DNA of 64,000 nt from Candidatus Poribacteria bacterium (lineage in GTDB: Bacteria; Poribacteria; WGA-4E; WGA-3G): the NCBI GenBank assembly GCA_963665235.2, contig CAXXLX010000002.1:704001-768000 (forward strand), written 5' to 3'. The notes beneath the pieces are model-generated. The model did not search any database. It was not told where the DNA came from and saw only the letters and a list, made by a program, of their open reading frames with translations. This document shows, in pieces, positions 22,199 to 32,330 of this stretch. Every line of letters starts with the position of its first letter. Within the stretch, counting starts at the first letter, position 1. The position numbers and the translations under genes were made by a program.

Positions 22199-22373
22199 TA
22201 TATTTCTTGCCATTTGCTAATCGCCAATCGCCAATAACGATATGTTTATAGAATTATGACTATTGACTGTTGGAAACCGTTGACTGTTAGCAAGAAGGTT
22301 GTGATGCTAAACATATCTCTGCCGCGCGTCAAAACCCTCTTCCTCTGGTTTCCAATTTGTCAATTGCCAATTG

Positions 22374-24004
22374 CTAATAACCAATCGCTATTGAGGGTTG
22401 TTCCCGCACCACAGGGATAACATAACTCCGAATTGTGACACCGTCAACTGTCTCTGTGTCCACAAGCGGCATCGGGGTGCGCCGATGGTCAAAGACAACA
22501 TAATACCCCTCTACTGCCCCCTCTGTTTTGATATGTGCCGCCAGCTGCTTCTTGCCCGCCTCATAATACATTGCACCCCGCCATACCTTCGTCTCAACGA
22601 TATACTTCTTTTGTTTGTGCGTAATCAGCAAATCCATCCGACCTCGACCCGTTGGCACCTCTATGTGCATCACCCCCCCCCGACAAGTTTCACGAACTGG
22701 TCAAGATAGGATAGCAGCAGCAATCTTCCGACAGACTCCCGCGGTGTATCCGGCACCTGTAGAATCCCGAAACCCGCACGCACAATGAAATCCCGAAAGT
22801 TATCCAACAATGCCTCTAACGCAATCTCTCCTATAGGGGTGAGGTAATGTAAAAAACCGCCTGGCGTGTCTTCGGCGAAGTATTCATCCTCTAATCCGTT
22901 CACGGCAGGTTTGAATGTTTTTAGAATACAGGACAGATAAATCGGGTTCACTATTTCACACATATCGTCAGCCCCTTTTGTAATGACACCATAAGTGGCG
23001 AGTTCGCTGATAACGTCATCGTATAAATTGAATTCCACGCCTTCATCTCGCCCCATAATACGCATCAGGAAGGTTTCAAAACGGCGGTTTCTGCGGATAT
23101 TGGTCGACAAATGCCTCAGGTTGACGTTGTCTTCCTTAAGGAGCAGTGCGTGCGCTTTCGCAAAGTGCGCGGGGGTAATCGTCTCTGTTTTCGCAATGTC
23201 TAATTCTTCGGTGAGTATTTGTCCGAACCGATTGACAAGGAACGGTTGGCCAGCCGTCTGTTTATGAATGGACTCAAGGACTTCTGGGGTGAAGGCTTGA
23301 CCGACTTCCGCTGTATACTGTCCGAATAGTTCCCGCACCTCTTCAAGTGTAAAGTTCGGTAATTTGAACTCATTTTGGATATTGAAAGGTGAGACAGAGG
23401 AGTCGTAGTCGAGTTGTGTGATGTTCTTAACCCCGACAATACCGACACTGTGCGGACAGTGCATATCATCCGAAAGATAAACCTCGCGGAGGGCATAAAG
23501 GAAATCGCTCACGACAGTTGAGGGGATACCATCAAACTCATCAATCAGCAGCACAACCCGTTTGAATGCCGGGACCGCATAGTGAGCATCACTGTTTAGA
23601 AAACGCTCAAGGTCTTCAAAGAAATTGACCATTGAAAAATCATCAGTTAGCGTTGTCCTTTCCAAAAACTGCGCTAACGCCTCGGAAGGTCTGCCTCCGC
23701 GTTTTTGAAAAATGTTCACAATTTGCCGACGAATCTTGTAGTACAGCCGCTCGTAAAACGTGTCAGGTGAAACATTCCGCATCCCTTGAAAATCCAACTG
23801 TATCGGAAAATACTCAGGCTCTTCTGCTGCGAGTGCGGCTAGCGCGAATCGGAAAAAGGTGGTCTTGCCGGTCTGACGCGGCGCAAACAGCACAATGTAC
23901 TTGCCAGCTTTGACGCGCCCGATGAAATCGGCGATTTCTGCCGTGCGCGGCACAACATAGTGCTTATCAGGACGGACACGCCCCTCGGTGCCAAAACTTC
24001 GCAT
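22374..24004 (-). pseudogene. AAA ATPase plus PD-(D/E)xK nuclease, split at a G9 tract
   Basis: APRQTGKT and LLIDEFD; downstream frame GRMDL...VETK; C9 on the + strand at 22673-22681. Confidence 0.8.
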
Positions 24005-24154
24005 CTTTTTCTCCAGCGTGAAATTGTGTTTGTAGTCCGGATAAATCAACCCCAAAATTTAGTATAGACAAAGCACTACCTAGTAGGTCAAGTTTGAAAC
24101 AGAACAAACTCCCTTAAATTAATATACCATACTCTGACCTATACAAGCAAACCC

Positions 24155-25096
24155 CTAAAATCCTCGCAAAATAATTCCGCGTTCACCGACAATCCACCCC
24201 GAATTTTTGAAGAGATAGATATCCAACAAATTGTGTGTCGTAGGCGAGGGATAACGTTCCCAAATCTTTCCACCATCCGTTGTGTGAAGGATTACACCCT
24301 CTTCACCGACTGCCCAACCCCGTTTTTTGTCTTGAAACGTCACATCGCGTAAATGCTGTTTCATCGGATTTTCTTGCCGCTGCCACGTTTGTCCGCCATC
24401 AGAAGTATGCAAAATCAGGCCATTTGTACCTACAACCCACCCATGCGTCAGATTAGCAAAATGGACAGCAAATAACGGCTGTTCAACGCCACTTTCTTGA
24501 CGTATCCATTTTTGTCCACTAGTCCGTGTATAGAGTACTTCTCCTGCTTCCCCCACAATCCAGCCGTGTTTACTGTCTACAAAATGGACATTCCACAAGT
24601 GTTGTTCCGAATAACTTCTCTGTTTTTCCCACCGGTTGCCCCCATTCTGTGTATGAAGAACAGTGCCTCTTCCGCCAACTGCCCAACCCGCTGCTGCATT
24701 CACAAAATGTATGTCCAATAACCCCGCTGAGGTATTCACCCTTTGTGGATTCCACGATTTACCGGCACTCGCGGTATAAAACACCCCCCCTCTGCTAATA
24801 ACCCAGCCGTTATTTGGTGTTGTGAAATTAACATGAGTCAGGACATTCTTAGAAATAGCTTTGACGCTAGAGCGGTTCCAGGTCGTTCCGCGATTGGTAG
24901 TGGTTAAAACAGTACCTTCGGTACCGACCGCCCACCCGTGTTTTGCATCTACGAAATGCACGCCGTAGAGATGTACCTCTGTACCGCTATCAACCTGTTG
25001 CCACTGGAATTCAGCAGTATCCCGCGAACAACCGAAGTACGCAAGACCTCCGATTAATAAAACAGTAAGTAGAAGGAAATGTTTTGTTTGGGGCAT
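24155..25096 (-). CDS. Ycf48/BNR-repeat beta-propeller lipoprotein
   Basis: Repeats of F.D...GW.VG..G.IL.T.DGG..W; lipobox YFGC. Confidence 0.88.
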   Translation of the reverse strand: MPQTKHFLLLTVLLIGGLAYFGCSRDTAEFQWQQVDSGTEVHLYGVHFVDAKHGWAVGTEGTVLTTTNRGTTWNRSSVKAISKNVLTHVNFTTPNNGWVISRGGVFYTASAGKSWNPQRVNTSAGLLDIHFVNAAAGWAVGGRGTVLHTQNGGNRWEKQRSYSEQHLWNVHFVDSKHGWIVGEAGEVLYTRTSGQKWIRQESGVEQPLFAVHFANLTHGWVVGTNGLILHTSDGGQTWQRQENPMKQHLRDVTFQDKKRGWAVGEEGVILHTTDGGKIWERYPSPTTHNLLDIYLFKNSGWIVGERGIILRGF

Positions 25097-25211
25097 GTGA
25101 AACCTCCATATAAATTTAATTGCATTTATCGATGGAATTGTGATATATTATTGTAAAGGATTTAATCCAGTTTGTCAACACAATTTTTATCGCTGGGAAA
25201 GGCGTATCGGC

Positions 25212-26120
25212 ATGAACTACATTATCGGTATTGATGGCGGGGGAACTAAAACCCTCGGACTGCTAACAACAGAAACAGGTGAACGTATCGCTCAAGTTCA
25301 AGCGGGTCCATCAAATTATCATGTAGTCGGTGAAACCGAAACGAAAAACGTCCTGACAACGGTTGTCACCGGGCTCCTTGCACAAGCGGGTATTTCCACA
25401 ACATCTTGTCCCATCTTCTGTTTGGGCATGGCAGGTTTAGGACGGGCCGAAGATAAAAAAGTCATCAGACAGATTTGCAACGAAATCGGCATAAACAGCG
25501 ATAGAATTCTCACCCACGATGCACATATCGGGCTCGTTGGTGGTATTGGAAAACAGGAGGGGGTCATCGTCATTTCGGGCACGGGCTCCATTGTCTACGG
25601 TATCAACAAGCAAGGTGAAGAGACACGCGCCGGCGGCTGGGGATATCTAATAGGCGATGAAGGCGGCGGATACGACATCGCACTAAAAGGGCTCCAAGCG
25701 GTTGCACGCGCGACAGATGACCGCGACATGCCAACCGCATTGACAAATCGCATCCTCAATAGGCTCGAATTGAATGAACCGAGTGAACTCATCCGCTGGG
25801 TGCATGCAGCAAAACGTGACGAAATTGCCCAATTGGCACAGCTAGTATTTCGCACAGCTGAAACAGGTGATACAATCACAACAAGAATTATCAATTCCGC
25901 GGCGGATGAACTTGTACTTGCCGCGGGGGCAGTAATAAAACAACTAACGTTCACAGCACCGTTCGATATTGTGCTCAGTGGCGGCAATCTGGTGCATCAA
26001 CCGATGTTCGCTGATAAACTTCGCACTCGGCTTGCCACAATCGAACCGATGGCAGAAGTGATACTTCCAAGACACGAACCCGTATACGGCGCAGTGTTAT
26101 TAGCACAGACGCAGCTATAG
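25212..26120 (+). CDS. BadF/BadG/BcrA/BcrD-type GlcNAc/MurNAc kinase
   Basis: GIDGGGTKT, SGTGS, GGWGYLIGDEGG; adjacent to murQ. Confidence 0.88.
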   Translation: MNYIIGIDGGGTKTLGLLTTETGERIAQVQAGPSNYHVVGETETKNVLTTVVTGLLAQAGISTTSCPIFCLGMAGLGRAEDKKVIRQICNEIGINSDRILTHDAHIGLVGGIGKQEGVIVISGTGSIVYGINKQGEETRAGGWGYLIGDEGGGYDIALKGLQAVARATDDRDMPTALTNRILNRLELNEPSELIRWVHAAKRDEIAQLAQLVFRTAETGDTITTRIINSAADELVLAAGAVIKQLTFTAPFDIVLSGGNLVHQPMFADKLRTRLATIEPMAEVILPRHEPVYGAVLLAQTQL

Positions 26121-26131
26121 GCGCAGCAGCA

Positions 26132-27028
26132 GTGATTACAGAACAACGAAACCCAAACTCAACCGATATTGACCTGAAGTCAATAACAGAAATCGTTCAA
26201 ATCTTTCACGAAGAAGATCGGAAGGCGGTCGAAGCAGTCGCAGCCGAATCGGACGCTATTGCACACGCCGTTGACATGATTATCACTGCATTTCGGCACG
26301 GCGGACGGCTGTTTTACGTAGGAGCCGGAACTAGCGGTAGACTCGGCGTGTTGGACGCATCCGAATGTCCACCAACCTTTAGCACCGCCCCAGAAATGGT
26401 CCAAGGCATTATTGCAGGCGGAGATATCGCACTACGACGCGCAGTCGAAGGCGAAGAAGATAAACCGGAACACGGCGCAAACGCTATGCGTCCGCATAAT
26501 CTGACACAACATGATGTCGTCGTCGGAATAGCTACCAGCGGGAGAACGCCTTACGTATTGGGGGCACTAAAGGCAGCACACACCCGAAAAGCAAAAACGA
26601 TTTTTTTCAGTTGTGTCCCACCCAAAGCAGAATTGAAAGCATACATAGACCATTTCATCACCCCCATTGTCGGACCTGAAATCATCACAGGCTCAACCCG
26701 GTTGAAAGCGGGGACAGCGACAAAACTTGTTCTTAATATGCTTACGACTATCTCTATGGTCAAGCTCGGCAAAGTTTACAACAATCTGATGGTAGATGTA
26801 CACGCCTCTAATACCAAATTGGTTGAACGGAGCGTCCGAATCGTCCAGACAGTTACCGGTGCCGATGCCACGAAGGCGGAGGCAGCTTTAAAACAGGCAG
26901 ATGGCAACGCGAAAGTAGCAATTGTGATGTTAGTAAAAGGAGCTAACGCAACCGATGCTATCGCGGTATTGGAAAAACATGCGGGTTTCCTGCGTCCCAT
27001 CTTAATGGAGACACCTATATCCGCATAA
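26132..27028 (+). CDS. murQ: N-acetylmuramic acid 6-phosphate etherase
   Basis: GAGTSGRLGVLDASECPPTF, GSTRLKAGTA. Confidence 0.95.
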   Translation: MITEQRNPNSTDIDLKSITEIVQIFHEEDRKAVEAVAAESDAIAHAVDMIITAFRHGGRLFYVGAGTSGRLGVLDASECPPTFSTAPEMVQGIIAGGDIALRRAVEGEEDKPEHGANAMRPHNLTQHDVVVGIATSGRTPYVLGALKAAHTRKAKTIFFSCVPPKAELKAYIDHFITPIVGPEIITGSTRLKAGTATKLVLNMLTTISMVKLGKVYNNLMVDVHASNTKLVERSVRIVQTVTGADATKAEAALKQADGNAKVAIVMLVKGANATDAIAVLEKHAGFLRPILMETPISA

Positions 27029-27179
27029 CATAACCTCCCAAGGCTATTCTGTAGGAGCGAGCTGGGCTCGCGATATTAAGGCGCGGGCTGCTTGCCTGAA
27101 TACTGGGGCTAATAGGTTTACTATATTGCAACCCAAAACCTCTTCTTCTGTAGGTAGGGATTAAAAAAGGAGAAAATTT

Positions 27180-28142
27180 ATGGCTACGAAAGATACAAAA
27201 GTTGGGCTTGCCAAAACCGGCAGGCGACGTTCTAACGTTTTTGAGGCACTAGACAACATCCGAGAACACCTCACGCCGAAAGTCCGTGAACAGGTGCTGT
27301 TGAAACCGAATTTCCTCTCCAGCACAAACCAGCTCGCTTCATCGCACGTCGATGCAATGCGTGGGGCATTAGACTTCCTGCTAAGCACCCCGCACCCCCC
27401 AAAAGAGGTAATCATCGGTGAAGGCGGAAACGAAGCGTTTTCAGGCGAGGCATTTCAGGTCTTCGGGTATAAAGCATTACAAGCCGAATACGATGTACCA
27501 ATCCACCTCACCGATCTGAATCAAGAAACGGAATGGGTAGAGACAAAGGTTTTTCTCACCGGGCGAGAAGAGGATACAGTCCGAATGCCCAAAACCGTCC
27601 TAGACTGCCCCTGCACAATTTCCATCGCAGTTGCGAAAACCCACGACGCAGGAGTCGTGACACTCGCAATCAAAAACATGATTATGGGCACTATACATCG
27701 GGAGGACAGGATTAAAGTACACGGCTATCACAGCCACGCCGATCGGGTGCTACCGCGTGAAGCACAAACGATTAATATCAACCTACTGCGCCTCTCGCGT
27801 TACCTCAGACCCGATATCGCAATCGTTGACGGCACCGTTGGGTTACAGGGGAACGGCCCCGGTGGCACTAATTCTGTCCCGCTCGGCATTGCCGTTGCAA
27901 GTGGCGATGCCTTCGCAGCAGACGCTGTCACCTCAAAGGCGATGGGATTTGAACCGTTGGAGATTGGACTCTTCCATTATGCAAATGAGATAGGTTACGG
28001 CACCGCCGATTTGGATAAAATTGAGGTTGTCGGCCCCAGTATCGACTCCGTTGCGATACCGTTTAAACCGCATGAAACCGCTGAACTCCAGCTACAATGG
28101 CATGAAGCGAACTACGCCCAATACCTTAACGCGCATGCATAA
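27180..28142 (+). CDS. DUF362 domain protein
   Basis: VLLKPN, KTH...TLAIKN, G.QGNGP. Confidence 0.8.
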   Translation: MATKDTKVGLAKTGRRRSNVFEALDNIREHLTPKVREQVLLKPNFLSSTNQLASSHVDAMRGALDFLLSTPHPPKEVIIGEGGNEAFSGEAFQVFGYKALQAEYDVPIHLTDLNQETEWVETKVFLTGREEDTVRMPKTVLDCPCTISIAVAKTHDAGVVTLAIKNMIMGTIHREDRIKVHGYHSHADRVLPREAQTININLLRLSRYLRPDIAIVDGTVGLQGNGPGGTNSVPLGIAVASGDAFAADAVTSKAMGFEPLEIGLFHYANEIGYGTADLDKIEVVGPSIDSVAIPFKPHETAELQLQWHEANYAQYLNAHA

Positions 28143-28152
28143 AAGGAGAATT

Positions 28153-29022
28153 ATGAAACGTTTCTATAGGACATTGCTGCTGTTCTCATTCATCCTCATT
28201 ACGCCCACCTGGGCGTGGTGGGGTGGGGGACACGATATCCTCACACAAGCAGCGATACAAACCCTCCCTGAGGAGATGCCCGAATTTTTCCGGACCGCTA
28301 CAGCCCAGAAAATGATTGCACACTGTACTTACGACCCGGATATATCGAAAGAGCGCCATACACCCCATGCACGAGCCGCTGAATACGGCGAACACTACTT
28401 TGATCTGGAGCTTATCAAGGACAATCCGATACCAGCGAATCGAAACGATTTTATTAAACTGTGTGCAGCATTAGAACTTGAACCGAGTAAAGTCGGCTTC
28501 CTGCCTTATGCACTCGCTGAATGGACAGAAAGACTCGCCGTCGCTTTCGCTGAACATCGTAAATGGCCAGATAATCAGATAATCCGATACAAATGTTTTG
28601 TATACGCAGGTTTCCTCGCACACTACGCACAGGACATGTGTCAACCGTTGCATCTAACAGTGAATTTCGACGGAATCGTCCAGAAAGATGGAACGCGCCT
28701 CCATAGAGGTATCCATGAAAAGGTCGATTCGGCTGTTGAAACTCTGAAACTGAACCCGACCGACCTTGCGAAAGCGCAGGAAGTAAAACATGTTGGCGAT
28801 TTGATGCCCGCTATTGCTGAACAGATTAAGGCAGGATACGGCTTAGTAGACAACGTTTACAACCTCGTCGAAGACTTTCAAAATCTCAAACAGCCCTCAC
28901 CGGCTTTGGTTGATTTCACAACGGAACGTTCACGCGAAGCGGTGCGTTGGACCGCCTCCCTCTACCTCACCGCGTGGAAATTATCTGAGAACTTACAGCT
29001 GCCAGGGTGGCTCGAACGCTAA
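28153..29022 (+). CDS. Secreted S1/P1 nuclease / Zn-phospholipase C superfamily protein
   Basis: Signal peptide then W...GH; HY..D..QPLH; IHE. Confidence 0.75.
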   Translation: MKRFYRTLLLFSFILITPTWAWWGGGHDILTQAAIQTLPEEMPEFFRTATAQKMIAHCTYDPDISKERHTPHARAAEYGEHYFDLELIKDNPIPANRNDFIKLCAALELEPSKVGFLPYALAEWTERLAVAFAEHRKWPDNQIIRYKCFVYAGFLAHYAQDMCQPLHLTVNFDGIVQKDGTRLHRGIHEKVDSAVETLKLNPTDLAKAQEVKHVGDLMPAIAEQIKAGYGLVDNVYNLVEDFQNLKQPSPALVDFTTERSREAVRWTASLYLTAWKLSENLQLPGWLER

Positions 29023-29030
29023 AAATTAAC

Positions 29031-29059
29031 TTGACACGCTATCGCCCTCATGGTATCCT
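29031..29059 (+). promoter_or_regulatory. Sigma70-type promoter
   Basis: TTGACA-17 bp-TATCCT with a TG extension. Confidence 0.6.
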
Positions 29060-29066
29060 TAATTTT

Positions 29067-29330
29067 ATGGAAGAAAAAAACAATTTACCCGATATTATTC
29101 CGAACGCTGTCTTCGATTTAGGAGAACTCGGATGTGGCGACCTTATCATCGCACTCCTAAAATCCATGAGAACTCTTGAACCGGGACAGATAGCACAAAT
29201 CCGCGCACTCGACCCAGGCGCACCTGTGGACATCGCGGCATGGTGCAACATGAAAGGCAATGAACTTCTTGCAGATTGTTGCGGAGAAGACAATGCCTAT
29301 TTTTATATCAAAAAAGGAGATAATTCTTAA
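29067..29330 (+). CDS. TusA/SirA-family sulfur carrier
   Basis: DLGELGCG...L.PGQ...DPGA..DI.AWC. Confidence 0.85.
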   Translation: MEEKNNLPDIIPNAVFDLGELGCGDLIIALLKSMRTLEPGQIAQIRALDPGAPVDIAAWCNMKGNELLADCCGEDNAYFYIKKGDNS

Positions 29331-29689
29331 TGGCTAAGTTGATGATTAGCATCACACACGCGAAAGATAACACCGACAAAGCGACCGTCGGGTTCGTCGT
29401 CGCTAACGCATCCGTCGCATCCGGCGTTGAGACGGTTGTATTCCTCAGCACGGAGGGGGTTCATCTTTCGCAAAACGGATACGCCGAGCCCATTCACGAA
29501 GAGGGTTTCGCACCACTACAACAGCTCATGGATGATTTCGTTGAAGTAGGTGGAACCATTTGGGTCTGTTCCCCCTGTTTCAAAAAGCGGAACCTTGATG
29601 CAGATAACCTTGTGGAAGGGGCACTCATTGTCGGAGGTGCGAAGGCTGTTGAATTCTTAACCACCGGCGGCTCTAGTATTACCTATTGA
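29330..29689 (+). CDS. DsrE-family protein
   Basis: VFLSTEGV, WVCSPC; start overlaps the tusA-like stop. Confidence 0.85.
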   Translation: MAKLMISITHAKDNTDKATVGFVVANASVASGVETVVFLSTEGVHLSQNGYAEPIHEEGFAPLQQLMDDFVEVGGTIWVCSPCFKKRNLDADNLVEGALIVGGAKAVEFLTTGGSSITY

Positions 29690-29885
29690 CACCGAGGCAA
29701 GGAGTTCCTGCTGCCCGCAGTAGAAACATCCGACCGGGCTCGGTTGAGCCCAGCTTGCTCGAAGAAAATCCCTCCCCCTTTTGGCGACGCTGTCCACAGA
29801 ATTCCGCTGGGAGGGATTTTCGCTATAAAACACACCCCGCTGGATTTCCGTTTTCATTAAAACACCTACAGGACAAAATAAAAAA

Positions 29886-30626
29886 ATGCGCGAAGAAGAT
29901 TTACACGCACCAGACTCACTACAAACACCCCATATCTGCGAAGGTGGAAACCTTGACTGCGGTTCCGGGCTACTCCTGCTCATTCGTAAATCCATGGAGA
30001 AGGTGCCGGATGGTGAAGTCCTCGAAATTCGCAGTACAGAGATTAGTGTCAAAGAAGACCTACCCGCGTGGTGTCGAATGACCGAAAATCCATATCTCGG
30101 ATGGCGCGCCGCAGCAGCACATAACAAATACTTCGTACAGCGCGGCGAAGCGGAACAGGATGCAGATGCCGCTTATGAACAAGCGCGAGATTACAAATGG
30201 CAAACCCGTATCCATTGGGATGGCGGGTTACAGGCAAAGGTCTTCTGCCGAAACCATTCCTGGACAGTCGGCCAACCTGCTAGCTTTGACGTACGAGATG
30301 CCGCCCCAAGTGCAGTGGAATACGTCCTCGGCGCACTCGGCGCGTGTTTAGCGATGGGATTCCAGATACGCGCCTCACAGCAGAAAATAGAAATTGATGA
30401 ATTGGAAATCTCCTTAAGCGGTCAAATTGACAACATCTTCGTTTTTCTCGGCACCGAACAGGGGGGACATAGCGGTTTCAAAGCCGTGCAAGGCACAATT
30501 TATGTCGCATCGGATGCAGACGATGACGTTTTAGAAACCCTCTGGCAGGAAACCCTCACCGCCTCCCCCGTGACGAATACGTTGACGCGGGATGTTAATA
30601 TAGATGTTGATCTCCGCGTGATATAG
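29886..30626 (+). CDS. TusA-OsmC fusion protein
   Basis: N-terminal GGNLDCGSG...EDLPAWC; C-terminal PSAVEY.LGALGAC...SPV.NTL. Confidence 0.82.
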   Translation: MREEDLHAPDSLQTPHICEGGNLDCGSGLLLLIRKSMEKVPDGEVLEIRSTEISVKEDLPAWCRMTENPYLGWRAAAAHNKYFVQRGEAEQDADAAYEQARDYKWQTRIHWDGGLQAKVFCRNHSWTVGQPASFDVRDAAPSAVEYVLGALGACLAMGFQIRASQQKIEIDELEISLSGQIDNIFVFLGTEQGGHSGFKAVQGTIYVASDADDDVLETLWQETLTASPVTNTLTRDVNIDVDLRVI

Positions 30627-30634
30627 GAAAAATT

Positions 30635-30985
30635 ATGACACAGCTTCTTGAAAAAATGCTCAATGAGGTCTATAAATTGCCCCCTGAAAAACAGGACGCT
30701 ATTGCTTTGATAATTCTTGAGGAACTTGAAGATGAGCAGCGATGGGACAAAACTTTTGCTGAATCGCAGGAAGTACTAGCCCAACTTGCTCAAGAAGCCC
30801 GCGATGATATTAAAGCAGGACGTGTGAAAAAAATGGGGTCGTATCTGACCGAGAATTTTATCGCCCGTCAAAACACACGCGAAATCCACTCTTCCACGCT
30901 TCCAGCTGTGAACCTATCTGACCTCGTATCATGCTTCCATCCTTCCCTCTATCATGTACAAAAACTTTACACACTCGACTGCTGA
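30635..30985 (+). CDS. Putative antitoxin-like protein; C-terminus beyond about residue 68 reads through a repeat element
   Basis: LPPEKQDAIA..ILEELEDEQRWD..F..S pattern; the 3' part matches the repeat at 13388-13468. Confidence 0.55.
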   Translation: MTQLLEKMLNEVYKLPPEKQDAIALIILEELEDEQRWDKTFAESQEVLAQLAQEARDDIKAGRVKKMGSYLTENFIARQNTREIHSSTLPAVNLSDLVSCFHPSLYHVQKLYTLDC

Positions 30986-31050
30986 TTCCTTCCTTGCATT
31001 TTTCCAGACACTGTGCTATAATTCATCGAACAAAACAAAGGAGCTGAACA

Positions 31051-32220
31051 GTGAACAATTTACCACAATTTCCCGTAACCGTTGTCGGCAGCATGCCCCG
31101 CTCGAGAACGGTAGCACGCGCATTACGAAACAGACAAAAAAACCGCATAACAGATGCCGACTTTAACGCCATAGCAGACGAAGCCGTCATCGAAAGCCTC
31201 AAATTGCAAGAAACAACCGGCGTAGATATCGTCAGCGATGGCGAACAACGCCGCGACAACTTTTATTCCTTCATCACCGAGTGTATTGACGGCATCCGAC
31301 TGATGACACTCGCCGAAATGCTCGACTATGTCGAAGATAAAGCCGCCTTTGAACAACTACTCAACGCGTTAGATGTTCCCGCGTTTGCCCTGAAAAACCC
31401 CGTCGTTGATGGAAAGTTAGCACGGACCGCCCCGCTCGTTCTTGACGATTACCGCTTTCTTAAACAGCATACAACTAAACCGATTAAAGTGACCCTGCCC
31501 GGGCCGTATCTCTTAACCCGTTCCATGTGGGTGAAAAAATTATCCTACGAATTCTATCCCGATAAAGAATCTCTAGGCGATGATGTTGTAGCAGTGCTAC
31601 GTCAAGAATTGCGAGAATTACAGGACGCAGGCTGCGAATTTGTCCAATTTGATGAACCTGTCCTAACCGAAGTCGCCTTCACCGGCCCGCATGAAACGCA
31701 TACGTTTATGTGCGCCGCGCTTTCCGAAAAAAGCAGCCCAGAAGAGGAACTCAATTTTGCAGTTGAACTCATGAATCGCGTCGTTGCGGGGATAGATGAA
31801 AACATGAAGACCGCGCTCCATGTTTGCCGCGGCAACTGGAGTCAGCAGGAGGAAGTCCTACTCCGCGGCTCTTACGACCTGCTAATCCCCTATTTCAGCC
31901 GAATGAACGTAAATCAGTTCGTGCTGGAATACGCCACGGAACGTGCTGGCAGCATCGACGTCCTCGGTGAACTGCCCACCGATAAGGAGATTGGGCTAGG
32001 TGTTGTTGACCCACGGACTACCGAAGTGGAATCCGTTGACTTCGTATTAGACAAGGTGCACGCGCTTTTAAAGCATCGCACTCCTGAACAGATATATCTC
32101 AATCCGGATTGTGGTTTCGGGACATTCGCTGACCGGCCCGTAAACACGACAGAAATCGCCACCCAAAAACTACAGGTCATCCATGATGCTGCCGAAATAT
32201 TACGTGCAGAGGTGCAATAG
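31051..32220 (+). CDS. Cobalamin-independent methionine synthase II (single-barrel MetE-like) protein
   Basis: VVGSMPR, SDGEQRR, QFDEP, HVCRGN, LE, NPDCG Zn ligands. Confidence 0.88.
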   Translation: MNNLPQFPVTVVGSMPRSRTVARALRNRQKNRITDADFNAIADEAVIESLKLQETTGVDIVSDGEQRRDNFYSFITECIDGIRLMTLAEMLDYVEDKAAFEQLLNALDVPAFALKNPVVDGKLARTAPLVLDDYRFLKQHTTKPIKVTLPGPYLLTRSMWVKKLSYEFYPDKESLGDDVVAVLRQELRELQDAGCEFVQFDEPVLTEVAFTGPHETHTFMCAALSEKSSPEEELNFAVELMNRVVAGIDENMKTALHVCRGNWSQQEEVLLRGSYDLLIPYFSRMNVNQFVLEYATERAGSIDVLGELPTDKEIGLGVVDPRTTEVESVDFVLDKVHALLKHRTPEQIYLNPDCGFGTFADRPVNTTEIATQKLQVIHDAAEILRAEVQ

Positions 32221-32330
32221 ATAGCACACGGTTTGAAGGCATCAATATTTTAACACCCCTTGCTTTTTTTTCGGTATTTATGCTATAATTTCTTCAGTCT
32301 GAATTTTATAGAGCAAAGGAGGGGGTTAAA

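Noticed and set aside
29657-30127. Overlapping 156-aa and 131-aa ORFs
   Set aside because: They overlap confident genes and have no motifs
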